This document shows, in pieces, positions 13,427-27,252 of a DNA stretch of 64,000 nt. The stretch lies in NCBI GenBank assembly GCA_043228905.1, contig JBHGNT010000007.1:13640001-13704000 (forward strand). Direction: 5' to 3'. The notes beneath the pieces are model-generated. The model did not search any database and was not told the DNA's origin. It saw nothing but the letters and a program-made list of their open reading frames with translations. The stretch is from Azolla caroliniana. Taxonomy: Eukaryota; Plantae; Polypodiophyta. Made by a program: the position numbers and the translations under genes. The stretch's first letter is position 1. Each line of letters opens with the position of its first letter.

Positions 13427-14954
13427 TGTTGGGATGCCAACAATCCTTTGTGGGTTCTCTTTACTTCTACGCTGATATTCCTACATTCTCTCTTTCCCTC
13501 TATCTCTTCTAGATCCAAGAGTTTCGTGTGTTTCTAGGGTCACCCATTACCAGAAAATCATTCTGATTGCTTTTCTACACCTACATCCCCACACCCTCAT
13601 CTGTCTCGATTTCCTAAAACCCCTATAGACAAAGGAAGGAAAGAGACAAATGCTAAAAGAAGAAGTGCTCAGAAAAGGACATGCAAATGTATCTCCCATC
13701 AAAGTATTGTTCAGATCTTTAGAAGATATTTGTGGGCACAAAGATTAATGGGGTTTTCGTCTGAGAAGGAGAGGACATCACTAAAAAGTATCTACTAAGG
13801 AGAGTCAGCCGAGATGTGGCCAAGAAATGGCCGAGTGCTGGCCGAGCGGCGGCCAAGATGCGGCCGAGATGCGATGGCCAAGAGACACAGATAGTGACGA
13901 CCGCAAATGGCCAAGAGACAGTCGACAAAGCCAAGATTTGGCCGAGACATGGCCGAGTGGCAGTCGTGAGATGGTCGGGGGACGGGATGGCCAAGAGAGT
14001 CGGCCAAGCAACGGTCGAGGAACAGTTGGCTGAGAAGCCAAAAGCATGGCTGAGAACCTGATAAGCATAGACGAGCGTTGAGAAACGATGGCCGAGGAAC
14101 TTCGACAGAGTGCAGAGAGACACGGCCAAATAGACGGCCATGGCTAGACAACTGAGACCGCCGAACAATAGTGGCAGACAATGGCGGACGAGAGTACGAC
14201 ACAGCCAAGAAACTACCGAGATGTGGTCAAGACACGATTGTGAGAGGATCGAGAAACGACCAAGAGACAGTCGACCAAGCATTAGTCGGAGGACAATTGC
14301 GAAACAACTAAGAGATGGTCGAGCCACGGTCGCGAGACGGTTGAGAGATAGTCGGTCGAGAGCCATCTGTGTACCGTCCGAGAGACGGCTGAGAAGCCGA
14401 GGATAAGCTGAGATTCGGCCCAATCATGGCCGAGTGCGGGCCGAGATGTAACCGAAAAGCAACAACCGAGAGTCGAACGTCAACCGAGACATGGCCAAGC
14501 GTTGGCCGAGAAACAGCCGAGGGACAACCGGCCAAGCGTTAGCTGAGGGATGCCTGCGAGACGATCGCGTTGTCGTGATGTGGCATGCCGAGTGTGGGAA
14601 AAATGTGGTGAAAGGGGGTCAAAATGTGTATGTGCAATGTGTGTGCACACAAAGTCAATTAATTGTGCACATGGAAAAGAAAAGGAAAAAGGAAGGGTGC
14701 AAAGGAGGTATAGAAACTCTTGTAAAAGAGAGAGGAGATATGAAAAGTAAGAGAGAGGAGAGGTGAAAAGTAAGAGAGAGGGGAGATGAAAAGTAGAGAG
14801 GACATAGACTATGGATTTGTAAATTAATAAGATTATTTTATAAATAATAAAGAGTTAATGGGCTAGTGGATGGACATATTGACTCCTAGCTAAAGGTGCA
14901 TGGTTCAAATCCGGTCTGACAATGTAGCAAGATTTAAGGAATTTTGTTCCCTTT
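13427..14954. repeat. Unclassified TE-derived region with GC-rich TGGCCGAG-type degenerate repeats (about 13800-14580) and a tRNA-like module (14859-14912)
   Basis: Dozens of imperfect (C/T)GGCC(G/A)AG units. The overlapping ORFs are low-complexity artefacts. A (CT)n run lies at 13381-13418. Confidence 0.5.
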
Positions 14955-17727
14955 TGTTCAGCGGCAAGCTCAACCGGATCCGGATCGGCTGAATAAGCTT
15001 GACCTAGATCGTAGCCAAATCGGCATCCGGACGACATCCGGAAGGATGAGCCAGATCGATATCCGGATGGTATCAGGATACAACCGGCCGGATCAGGGAG
15101 ACGGATCAAAGAGCTAGATTCAAGTGCGAACCGGAAGCCTAGTAGTAGCCTTGACTACTAGGTAATCATTGTCTCGTAGTTACTGTCAATCGCACATAGG
15201 AATATTGATGTATGTTGTACTTTTGTCAGTCCTTTTAAGGACTTGTATAAATAGTGTTGTTGTAGCACATTGTGTGTACAGAGTGTCCTTATTATTTTGA
15301 ATCTAGTTTTCTACGTTCTGCTCTCTCTCTGTCTCTCCTGTGTATATTCTGTGTTAAGCTTTTCCATTAAACCTTCACTTATCCTCTGTTGCTATCTGGT
15401 TGAGTCGGTTTGTAATACGCTTATGCATGCTGACTTTTACATGGTATCAGAGTGCGAGGGTTGAGAACCTTTGTAGCCGACAGATGCTTTCGAAGACAAA
15501 CCCTAATAACCGGTAACAACAGAAAGAGAAAGGTATGGACAGAGGTATGGCGAGTTCACTTCCAACAGAGAAGCTCGACCGGAGCAACTATGCGTCCTAG
15601 TCATATAAAATGCACCAGTACTTGCTGGGGCATTGTTATTGGAGCTACATGGAAGGAACCAACCAGGTAGCACCAGAGCCAACACACAAAGACTTCTCGG
15701 CATGGGAGCAAGGAGCGGGCCGAGTATTGTACTGTCTCGCGTCCGGTGTGCACGATCAGATGCTCAGCTACATCAAATATGCAAAAACGCCAAGTATTGT
15801 ACTGTCTCGCGTCCGGTGTGCACGATCAGATGCTCAGCTACATCAAATATGCAAAAACGCCAAAGGAGGCCTGGGAAAATCTCTGGAAGATCTTCGCCAC
15901 TAGTACCACGACATGGAAGTTGCAGCTCCGACAAGAGCTCAACAATATCCGATAGAGGGATATGTCTGTGACCGACTACACCAAGATAAAGGAGATTTGC
16001 GACGCGCTCGGATCCATCAATGTGATGGTGGACGAAGACGAGATGGTTCAAATCTATCTCGGTGGTCTAGCACAATGGTACGGGCCAATCCGAACAACAA
16101 TATGCATGCAGGAGAAGCCACCATCCTTCTTCGACTTACAATCCATGTTGATGGTTGAAGAAAACCACGCGAGTGGTTCGTGGACCACTCAATCGGACAA
16201 CCAAATGTTGTACACGGGGGCGGATTGACCCCGTGGGCGTGGAGGACGAGGTGGGTCGACACACAATGGAGGCGGCCGACAAGACCAGAACCGAAGGCAC
16301 AGAGACAGTGCCGACAACAGTTCCAGACCCTCCACAAGCAGGGGGAGTCAAGTCGGAGCCGGAAACCGGTAGTCGAAAACCGACATGGAATGCTGGTACT
16401 GTGGCAAGAAAGGCCACACAGAGAGCGAGTGCTGGAAGAAGCATGCCGATTCGGATAAATCCGGATCCGACAAGGCCGGACAAGGGAACCGACAAAGCTC
16501 GCACTACGTAGAAGGATCAGAAGGATCCGGAACCGGGAAGACCGGTAAAGGGCCAACCTTTGTGATGAAGCACAAGGCTAACTCGATGAAGAAGACTACT
16601 TCCAAATCGGAGGAAGTATGGTACGTTGATTCCGGAGCGTCCAACCACATGACAAGCCATGAAGAGTGGTTCTCTTTTTTGGAGAAACCGGAGACGACAC
16701 CCCTCACCCAATTGTGCATGTTGGAGAAGTCCCTTTAAGCCATGTCGGACAAAAGGGGAAGCTGATGAACGTACTACACGTTTCAACTATCACAAAGAAC
16801 CTGGTGTCGGTTGGACAAATCATTGACCAGGGGATGCAAGTGCGGTTTACGCACTTCGGGTGCTTCATCGAGGAAGAAGGTCGGATAATTGCGCAAGGGC
16901 GCAGAAAAGGGAGGATGTTCATCCTCAACACTAATGAGGTCGGCACCGCCATGTTTGCCAAAGGACTGAAGATTGAATCGGATATCGATCTCTGGCATAA
17001 GCGAATCGGCCACGTCAACTACCGGAGGCTTCAAGATTTGCAATCGTAACAAGTTGTGTTCGGATTGCCAAAGTTTAGTGGACGGAAGGCCCAAATATGT
17101 GAAGCCTGCCAACTCGGGAAGCAACACCGGCTTCCATTCCCCACCGAACGAAACTAGAGCCGTAACAAGCTTGATCTAATCCATTCGGATGTATGGGGAC
17201 CGACACAGAACATTAGTCTTGGCGGGAGTCGGTATTTTGTCTCCTTCATCAACGAATACGGCCGACACACGTGGGTCTATCTCATCAAGAAGAAAAGCGA
17301 AGTCTTCAACTATTTATGGAACCTTCAAAGCTTAGTCGAAAGGGAAACATAGAGGAAGATCAAGTGCCTGCAGTCGGATGGCGGAAAAGAATACTTTTCC
17401 GACCAATTCAACAATTATCTGCAGTAGAACGGAATTCCGAGAGAATTTAGTTGCAGATACACATCGGAGCAAAACAGTGTGGCTGAAAGGAAGAACCGGT
17501 CAATTGTCGATGCGGCAAGGGCAATGCTGGAGGAGAAGAGCATGCCCCAATTCTACTGGGCTGAGGCGGTCCGGACGGTCGTCTACATCCAAAACCGGAT
17601 CGGAGACAAGGTGTCGGCACATGAGTTGTATTTCGTGCGGAAACCGAATTTGAGACACCTTTAGATATTTGGTAGCATAGCATATGTGCATGTACCGGAT
17701 GAGAAGCGGAAGAAGCTAGATTCGAAG
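14955..17727 (+). mobile_element. Ty1/copia 5' part: LTR (14955-15441), tRNA-Met PBS, gag-PR-INT, truncated
   Basis: TGTT..AAGCTCAAC start shared with other family LTRs; TGGTATCAGAG at 15442; zinc knuckle CWYCGKKGHTESEC, WYVDSGASNHMT, LWHKRIGH...CEACQLGK, AERKNRSIVDAARAML. Contains stops and frameshifts. Confidence 0.92.
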
Positions 17728-17729
17728 TT

Positions 17730-19029
17730 TCGGCCGTCGTTCTTCTTCGTTGTTCGACCACCCGTTGTCTTGCCATCCGGCCGTGTCAGTCAGTCATTCG
17801 CTTTGTCTGGCAGCCCTGTTCGGCCGCTTGTCTGGTTGCTAATTGTTGGCCACTCTTTTTTTCATCACTCTCGACCTTCTTGTCTTTCCGGCCGCCTCTC
17901 AATTGGTATATGTCACTTCATCCGTCATTTTGACTGTCGACCTCGACCGCCTCCGTGTCTTCTTGACCGTTTCCGTCATTTCCCCTCCGTCCCTTGCCAT
18001 TTATGTCCCCATCTTTGTCGTTGTCGCTTTTTGGCATTTTCTTCCGGCCATTGATTGTTTAGGCGGCCCATCCGACGTTTCTGGTTATGTCTTTCCGTCT
18101 TTTCGGCTGCCGCTGTGACCATTCGACCGTTCTTTCGTCTCTCTTCTTCGTTGATCGCTGCCATTCTCACGCTTTCCCACACACGCACATTGTCGCTATT
18201 TCCTGTGCACTCGCACATACGTAGTCGCCATTTCTCTCACGCTCTCTTACACATCGTCATCACATAGCATTCATCGATTTCCATTTCATGTTTTCTCGCA
18301 TATCGTCATTGCGTAGCATTCATCGATGTCTTCCAAACATCGTCACCATTTCCCGCACATTGTCCGTCGCCCCTGATTCCTCAACTTCGTCTCGCACATT
18401 GTCAATTCGATTCCTTGTTCCCACACATATCACATATTGTCGTTTTCCAAACATTATCGTCGTCATTACTCGTACATTTACGCCATTTCTCACACATCGT
18501 GCAACCACATATCCTTCTTGGTCTTCTTCTACAAAGGGATTCACCGTTGTGGTTGCCAAAAGAAGTGTTGAGGGGTTTATGGTGTTGATTGATGATGAAT
18601 GTTGATGGTGATGAAGATGATGAATGTTGCGGGGTGGTGGTGAGATTGATAAGCATTGTGGGGTGGGGGGTGGTGCCTAGAATGGCTCCACCCCCCTCCC
18701 AAGGGGGTTCAACGTAAGGCAAGGAGAGAGAGAGAGAGGGAGGGAGGGAGAACATCAAAGAGAGAGAGAAATGAGAGAGAACTTCTTCATTATTCATTCA
18801 TTCCCCATGAGGGGGTTAAATAGTTACAATGAGGTTAGATACATAGGGGTGCATGCCCCTCAAGACATCCACACACATCACTCACTCACACCCTTTCCTA
18901 TTTGTCCACTCACACTCACACTTACCTTCACACTCGTACTCGTATACATTTCACATACACAACAACAACATTATAGTCTTTCACCCTCACTCATAACACT
19001 AAAATCTCCGTACATCTCATACGGTAATA
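17730..19029 (-). mobile_element. TGTTACC-lineage LTR (18566-19029), PBS and degenerate leader
   Basis: Minus strand reads TATTACCG (decayed TGTTACCG)...CTCAACA, a 7-nt spacer, then TGGCAACCACAACGG (Arg-type PBS, 18558-18544). Confidence 0.6.
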
Positions 19030-19837
19030 ACTGATCCATAAGTTGAAAGAAACAAATTGGTGCGAAAAGAGGAGCAACAATCGACATCTTGCAAGAACTT
19101 ATTGGTAGCTCCCCAAACGTGTCCAAAACCCACACTGGAAAACCATAGAGAGGTGCAAGTTAGGCTAGGAGATGGTTGCCAATATGTGAGTGGGAGAAGG
19201 TTCAATGCTTGCATTGCAATGGCTTGACCTTGACAACAAGGGACTCGAATGCTAATTGCTGCAAGAATTGTGGCTGCATCTTGCCATCATCCTGACGTGA
19301 ACCATAATCTTTTCATCATCTTGGTTTAGGAAATTTGGTTTTGTACAATTTTTTATGTATGAAATATTTTGTGGTGGGGAAATTGTTAAGTCGTAAGTTG
19401 ATTTGTTATTTGAAGGTTTAAGTTTTAAGTTTGTCTAATTTTTAAAGTTTAAAGTTTTGAGTTGGTTTGTTATTTTAACTTTTAAGTTTTAAGTCCTGTG
19501 TAATTGCAAGATCTTGGAAGTTTTAAGTTTTCATTTTGTGTTAAGTTGATTTGTTATTTTAAATTTTGAGTTTTGAGTTTTGAGTTCAATGTAATTGGAA
19601 GATTTTGGTGGAAGTGATGCATATTGGTCTATGGTCTCGATGTCAAAAAGAAAATTCAAGTCTTACATTTTGGGTAGTTTTTGATGTCTTGCATTCGAGT
19701 TGGGCTTTGCCTCTGACTTGGTCGGGCGACTGATTTGAGTTGGGCGCCTGCTTTGTGAGAGTCGGGTGAGTTACGAATAGTCGGACGACAGAAGGTGTCA
19801 TAGGCCTCTTTATCATTTAGGAGCAAATAGACACGAG

Positions 19838-19960
19838 CATACATACATACATACATACATACATACATACATACATACATGCATACATACATGCATACAT
19901 ACATGCATACATACATACATACATACATACATACATACATACATACATACATACATACAT
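19838..19960. repeat. (TACA)n/(CATG) microsatellite upstream of ARPC2
   Basis: About 30 tetranucleotide units seen directly. Confidence 0.95.
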
Positions 19961-20083
19961 GCAATCTATGTCTGTCTCTTCTCTTCTGTCTTTCTTAGGC
20001 CTTCCTGCTTTTGAATTGCTTCTTTCTTCTTCTTCCTTCCATTCCTCTGGTTTGATTGCTTGCTAGCTCGTTCATTCATTATC

Positions 20084-23000
20084 ATGCTGCTGCTCTCAGC
20101 TCCTGCTCGCGTCATACAACAGATTCTCATCCATCGCATCCGATAGTAAGTAATCCTCGTGTATCCCCCCCCTTCATTTCTGGCGTCTATGTTTTTTTTT
20201 TCCCTTTCTCCTGTTTGTTGGTAATGCAAACATTCCTTTCCCTTTTCTTTAGAAAATGGATCTATCTATCCTATATGCATATCTATTCTTTTTCTAGAAG
20301 ATCAATGAGTATATATGATTGTGAAATATACCACTGCCATTGTTTTCCTGCTGAATTCGATGTTTCTGTCCATTTCCTAACTAATCAAATTACTTGCCCG
20401 TTGAGATGTTCTCATGTATTTTCGTATATAAACAGTTATATATACACACGCGCACACATTTGTGGGAATCTAGTATTGTGCAGAAAAATATACACATTCT
20501 TTAAACTCAATAAAAACTTCCTCAAAATCACTTTTCTTTTGTCTTTTGTAAAATTTGCATAGATTTTACCAGTTTTGGAAATCACAAATTCCTCTGAAAG
20601 CAAGTTTATGTTCCCCATTTTCAGCCTGTAAAATACATTATACCTCACCACACATCATGCATATTCAAAATCAAAGGAACTTTCCGAGTCCTAGAGGGCC
20701 GGTGCTATATAATGTTACCATATTGACCTTGTTTCTAACATAATTTAATGTAAAAACTCTCAAAATATTGTTCAATCTTTTGTTATGTGTAACAATTTTT
20801 TTACTTGTGGTAAGTTTATTTTTATTTCGGCCCAATGTTTGTGATGTTGTTTTTACATCTAGTTTGGACCGGGCAATTGAGCTCGACTATCATCTTGTGG
20901 AGTTTGATGATGTACGATACCATATTCAGGTGCGTGTAAGGGCTTATTTCTATGCTGTTCAAACCAAATGTTGATAACAAATAGTTTGGAGCCCAATATA
21001 GCTGGGATTGCACAAAATGATGATTCATGAAGTCCCAAGAGACTGTGTATGCATTCTGAAGCATCAAAATGGTGATGCTGATTCTTTGTTATTATGGCTA
21101 GTACTGCAATTACGAATGACTTTAAATTCTTTGCAGGCCTCATCAAATGATGCTAAAGTAATGCTTTTGTCAATAGCTCTTCCTTCTCCACCTCCTGAAG
21201 TTGTTCTTTCAGGAGGCCTTCCCTTTGGTGCAATAGATGCAGTTAAAGCTTCATGTGGCTCCATAGCACAAATTATCGACCCTCCAGAGTCTGGTTTTCA
21301 CCTTACTCTAAAACTTGACCTCTCCAAACTTCCAGCCGATGAAGGTACACAATGGTTATTTATTTTCACATCAATATAGATATGGAAAATCTCTCAAAAT
21401 ACCGCAAAATTTTCTCTGATTCCCCCAACTTACTTTATGTTTTTTTATTTCCTCAAATGTTCCTTGTCATCTCCAGAAAGACAGAAAAATGGAATAAATT
21501 GAGCATGTAAATTCTCACATAGCACACATCATTAATTGAGATGGGGCCGACAAGGAGCATTATGGGAAATAATGAAAATATAAGGGTATTTCCAGAGATT
21601 GAGAAAAATGCAATGTTATTCTGAAGTTTTCATATATATATGATTGCAAAATCAAATCTCACCAGTTGGTTTTTATTGTAGACGATTGCATCCAGTTGAT
21701 GATTAGAGTGGCTTGTTTGCGAGCAATAGTAATGGGTGCACCTTTAAGGGATGTCTTAAAGCACCTCTTAGCCAAAGTTGTTTCTCCTGAAGCAGATCGC
21801 TTGATGGCAGTATTGCATCGACCAACAGAATCTTTCTTTGTTATCCCACAGGTGATATACTAAAATATATATAATTACTTCCAAACATGGAAATAATTTG
21901 TTATGTTTAATAAAAGTACATGTAGCATAAAGGAAAAACATTTATGGTTACATTGCTTTACAAATTTAGCATGCTCAGTTATTATTAAGCCCTCAGTAAT
22001 AGATGAGGAACGAGATAGTCACAATAGCTCAACCACTGCCAGAAACCATTAGCACATGAGATAGGGAATACTTGTGATTTACATTGCTTCACGGGCCATT
22101 CAAATTCGTTATCACATGCTTTATATTGAGATTTTCATTATGCCCTATTGTTTGTATCCTTTGAGCTGGAATCAAGGAAGCTTTGTTCTATATTTTCATT
22201 CAGATATTGATTTCAGCTCATAAGCTTTTCTTCACGTACATGCAAACCTGAACCGGAATCTGTCATAACTTTTATTGTTAGGCAATCTATACTTCTTCAC
22301 AGACATGATTGATACCACCTTTCCCATGCAGCTTGTTATGGTTTCATGTGTCAGCTTCTTCGATTTAGGAGAGTTGTTGGCAATTTATGTCTCCCTAGAG
22401 ATATTGGTCACTCGCTCTCTCTTAAGAATTGCTGTTTTCTACCTCTCGTAAAAAGCCACAAAACCTTCCTTTTTCCCACTTGAGAAGATAGATTTGTTGC
22501 AATATATTGCATATCTAACACTAGCTCAGAAAGTAGTTTTGATGGGTATGCACATAGTATCTACTCCTGGTACTCCAAAAGTGATGATTGTGGCTATAGT
22601 CTAGATACAATAAAGTTCAAATCTGGTAGGGAATTATTGTTTGAATATCTTCTATCATGGAATCCTAATTTGGGCATGATACAAAGTTTTTATGTGGCAG
22701 CCAGACAAGGTGACCATTGTGTTCCCTATGCGGTTTAAGGATAATAATGATAGTATACTCGCAACATCCTTTTTGCAAGTAAGTTTATTATGTGTCTATT
22801 TTCTAGTTTCTGTGTTCTGTATGCGTATACCTTTGGCACCTTTTTGTTCAATAAATAAGTAGTATTTCATGTCAAAATTCATAGGAATTTATGGAAGCAA
22901 GGCGCACCGGGGGATTACACAATGCTCCTTCTTGTCAATGGTCTCCTCAACCCCCGGCAGAGTTGAAGGGTGCACCTACTTATGCACTTGATGCAAATGC

Positions 23001-25724
23001 GGGATTTGTTTCTTTTGGTAATGCACTCCACTCTTTACGTTGCTATCATTCCTTACAAGTATAATGCACTTTGTCTTATTTTCTTTCTAATTACATGTAA
23101 TGTAAGTACTTTCCCATTGATTCCAAATCTTGGTAGTATTCGACCCTACTTTAAAGCTGATGATTCTGAGGAAATGAAGTTTATCTGTTAATATAAAAGT
23201 TTTCGTTGTTATAAAGCTGTATCACTGAAACGTATGCATGTGCATGTGAACCCACATTCATAGAAAAATTGGAATGAATGTATTCATGAAATGCATTATA
23301 CATTTGTAATATTATGGATCATGCAGAAATACTTTTATAATGACATAAGGCCATCTACCATAACGATGTTGTTCAAAATAGGTAAATTTTATCATTAAAA
23401 AAGCGTGCCTTTAACTTCAGACTGCACTTATACCATGCATATGTTTCCAGAAAGCCTTTGTCACTATGTATTGAAGATTTTGGGTTGTTGATGGGTATAG
23501 CAGACATCAATGATTCATTGAATTGACTGGTGGTTCATACTGTCAATCAACTGTAGCTGGTGCCCTTTTTCTATTTTGGGCTCAATAGCCAAGATTCTGC
23601 AATTTCCCCTGCATGTATAGCTGCCAATGCAATGGAAGGACCATTCAGGAATCATAAGAGGCCTGATTCAGATTGATGTTTCTTTCAATACATGAAGTTT
23701 TCCACAATCAATGTATTGTTATCACAAGAAATGTGCACATAAACTTCCACCATTTCAAAATGTCACCTACTTGGAACATGGGATTAGCACACCTACCGCA
23801 AGAATCACTAAAGTAATTTTCTTGATTTAGATTTAGGGAATTGGCTTCAGAAACGGGTTGCAAAAGGGAAGTGAAAGAAATTTGGACAGTCACATTGAGA
23901 AAGGAGAATCCAAGTTGACTCTTTGTGCCACTAATTCAATGCCACCTCATAAAATGGAAGATAACCACATGAAGTTAAAAGTTTATAGTACATAGTATCA
24001 ATATTATGATGATGCAGTGCAGTAGTATGCACATAAGATCTCACATACTCAAAATAGAGATAACAGGTTACCAATACATTGAAGATAAAAGTATGTGTGT
24101 ACTCTTATGTAATTTGGATAAACTAAACATAGAGGAGCTGAACTTTATAAAGTGTGTAGAAGATAATAGCCTATCCGTAAAAAAGTTTTGGGGAACTTCG
24201 TTGCTTTTCAACATTGCAACCTCTCTCTAGGTCCATTGCAAAATCTCTTGTATCCGTACAAGAGCCCCATTGCACTTATTATACCCTCAATCAGGGTTTC
24301 ATAGTATATGGTCTTTTGTTTCCATCTGTGGTAGATATAGAGGTCTTTACTAAAAGAAACATCTTACGCCCTGGTTGATTAACACCCAGAATAAGTTCTT
24401 TGTGAACATATAAAATTCTCTTGTCAATTTGCATATAAAGAATTATTTTCTGTTTCTTGATTTATATGTCCTTACATTTGTTTTCTAATGGAGCACTTTC
24501 TGTTTCATTTTATATAGTGATACTTCCAAGGCACGTTGAGGGTGATAAGCTGGACAAGACTGTGTGGAACCTGTGTACATTTCATGCGTATGTGAGTTAT
24601 CATATAAAGGTATCTAAACATTTGGAAGTTTATTACCATGCTATTTGATTTCATACTACATTACTAGGTCATAATCATTCGGATCTTCTTAAGTTCTCTC
24701 TTACAATCATGATATCATATGATATTGATTACATAGTAAGAAATAATCTAGTGAGCAAACAACGATAACATTGAACAGGACTAACAGTGTTATGTGATAG
24801 TCATCGTGCTAGAAAAACCCAGAGTAGTCCAATGAGCATCATCTGAAAATGCCATTCATCAGTAAATGCCTCCTCATCAAAGGATTGTGGAGGAAGATTT
24901 TGAAAGCAAGTGATGATGGTCTGGATCTATCTGTATATCTCAATCTGCGCATAGAGTAAGGGCAGCACTCTTGTCTCTCTTAGAATGTGCATGGTAGACC
25001 CCTGATGCTCTCTTTAGAGTCACACCTTAACCTTCTTACAACTCTTATGTTGTCAGAATAACCAACGAGATCCAAAAAAGGTGAAATCTGAAAATCATCT
25101 CAGACATGGAGATGAAATCCATTAAAAAAGCTTCAGATTTTATGGGTTTTAGGTATTTTCTGCAGGCATGAGCTTTTTGGGGTTTTGTTTGCTGTTGTCA
25201 AGCTGTTTTAGGGTTTTGGTCTGTACATCCAAAGTTGTTGGCCCTACTTGGTTTGACACTTCTTGGGGTTCAGGGTAGTAAGTTAAATAACTAGAATGTA
25301 AGCTGCATTTTCCTGGTGCTAAGCAATTTCTGGGAAATATTGTACAATACATAATGTAGTTACTATATTTGCATTGTTTTATATTTTCTTTTTAATTGAA
25401 CATAGTCTCATGAAATAATGTAGAATTAGTCAGGGAGTGCCTTAGGATCTCTTTAGCTCAGTATGTTGGATTTCGTGATTTGGATTTAGTGGTCCTTTTT
25501 TCCAGTGTTCTAAAGCTTTCATGCATACAAGGATGAGAAGACGTATGGACACACTCATTCAGGTAAGGAAATGTGGTCCTTTGCTCCTTTATTGTGTATT
25601 TTTCCTAGGTTAAGAAGATGTATTCGTAATTTGAATTGATACATCGATGCAGACTCTGAATAAAGCCAAACCAGATGTTGAGGAGAAAACAATAACCCAA
25701 GGGCGGTCATTCAAAAGACTTTAA
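20084..25724 (+). CDS. ARPC2: Actin-related protein 2/3 complex subunit 2 (DIS2-like), 9 coding exons
   Basis: Exons 20084-20145, 20863-20929, 21137-21344, 21682-21851, 22701-22778, 22885-23017, 24518-24609, 25506-25562, 25653-25724, all GT-AG and in frame: MLLLSAPARVIQQILIHRIRYLDRAIELDYHLVEFDDVRYHIQ...DKVTIVFPMRFKD...EFMEARR...ANAGFVSFVILPRHVEGDKLDKTVWNLCTFHAYVSYHIKCSKAFMHTRMRRR...GRSFKRL*. Confidence 0.96.
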
Positions 25725-27252
25725 TAGATTGCCTTATCAATATAATTAGTAACCATCACTTCCTCCGTTTCTTCATTCTTTTGTGTTGATAATGCATCTA
25801 GTTGAGGACTTAAATGCAGAAAGGAAGATTTGGAAAAGTTACATTTGATATGTAAATTAGACTAGACTGTCTTGAAATATTTTCATAATGTCAAATTTAG
25901 TCCTGTTTGTATCTTAAAAATTAGTAATTGAAACTTAGGTCACCATGCATCAAAGATTTTCTACAATTTGAAGATCTTCAAAACCTAATTGCATGATAAA
26001 GCAAAATGTGATAACATTGTGTTTATGCATCCTACATGACTTTTTATTTTGCTAAAGCAAAATGATTGTTTGCTTCAAGGTTGCCTCATGATAATAATAC
26101 ATAAACTGTTATGTAAGGTACATTTAGTTGCAGTAGATTGAAAAATCAACCTTGAATCTCATTTTCGTCAATATCAAAGTTGAAAGAATAGAAACATGTA
26201 GAGAGAATAGATTCATTGAAGAACAACAGTTCATGTCATGTTGTCATGTCTAACATTGCTCCATGAGCACTCATTTATGGTGGATGTTCTTTTGGAACAA
26301 TTATGAGGTTATTCAAATTTAATTTATAAATAAAAGTGGTTTGACCTCCACAATGTTGGTATTTGTAGTGGTGAACTTTCTAATATTTCACTTCATTATC
26401 ATAAAGATGATTTTTTATACAATGATATCCTATTACATTCAATTTCAACACAATGTATTTGTTAGCAAAGTGACAGAATTTGGTTTGTCTAGTGTACTTA
26501 TGACTATCTATGCACCCATTCACATGATTTTCTAAGAGATATAATGGTAATCCCATGATAAACAAAAGCCAACATAATAGTTGCTTAAGCCTTGGAGAAA
26601 TGTTGCACATACAAAATATGCCTAACCTTAGAAGAGATGAAATTTCATGGTTTCATTCAAGATTGTTTTTGGTAACAATGTACTTTCTAGGCACATTAGA
26701 GAACGTAAATGAAGTTTGCACTCTCTAAGAATGTAGATTGCATTCTTTTACTTAGAGAAACAATGTCCTTTGTTTTTGTAACATTACACGTTAGAAGGGA
26801 GAATGAATATACATCATTTGATAAAAATATGAAAACAAACCAAAAATCTCTCTTTTGAAGTAGTTACATTGTTGAGGTTGAGCGCCAATCTTCTTCTTGC
26901 ATGATTGCATGGTGAGGTTAAGCTAGCCATATGCATGTTTAGGGAGATTTAGAACCTTGTACAAAGTTACATGGCCTATTGAGGATCCAATTGTTTCCAA
27001 GGAAACATTGTTAGGAAGGTACTTGAGAGGGTTGAATGAAAGAGACTTGTATAATGTTTTTTTTTTCTTTTCCAAAAAGAGACTTGTATAATGTGTAGAC
27101 GAGAACAATTTAAGGAAAAGAGAAGAGTTATGTGTAGGCCTATTCCCATGTAAGAGTACTTAAGACTATGATACACATTGGAACACGCTACCACCCTGCA
27201 CTATAAATATTTGGTTTGAGCTAGTGGCTTGGTTGCATGTGTTGGAACCAGC

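Noticed and set aside
13719-14535. Long overlapping ORFs on both strands
   Set aside because: GC-rich degenerate repeats with few stops; no recognisable domain.
12970-19029. Inverted similar ends suggesting one TIR or DIRS element
   Set aside because: Similarity is only motif-level. Both ends are LTR-like, and the right one has its own PBS, so they are two LTRs in opposite orientation.
19656-19964. ORF with (VCMY)n repeats
   Set aside because: Translation of the TACA microsatellite.
24610-24620. GTATCT donor as a U12 intron
   Set aside because: Does not match GTATCCTT, and no U12 branch site is evident.
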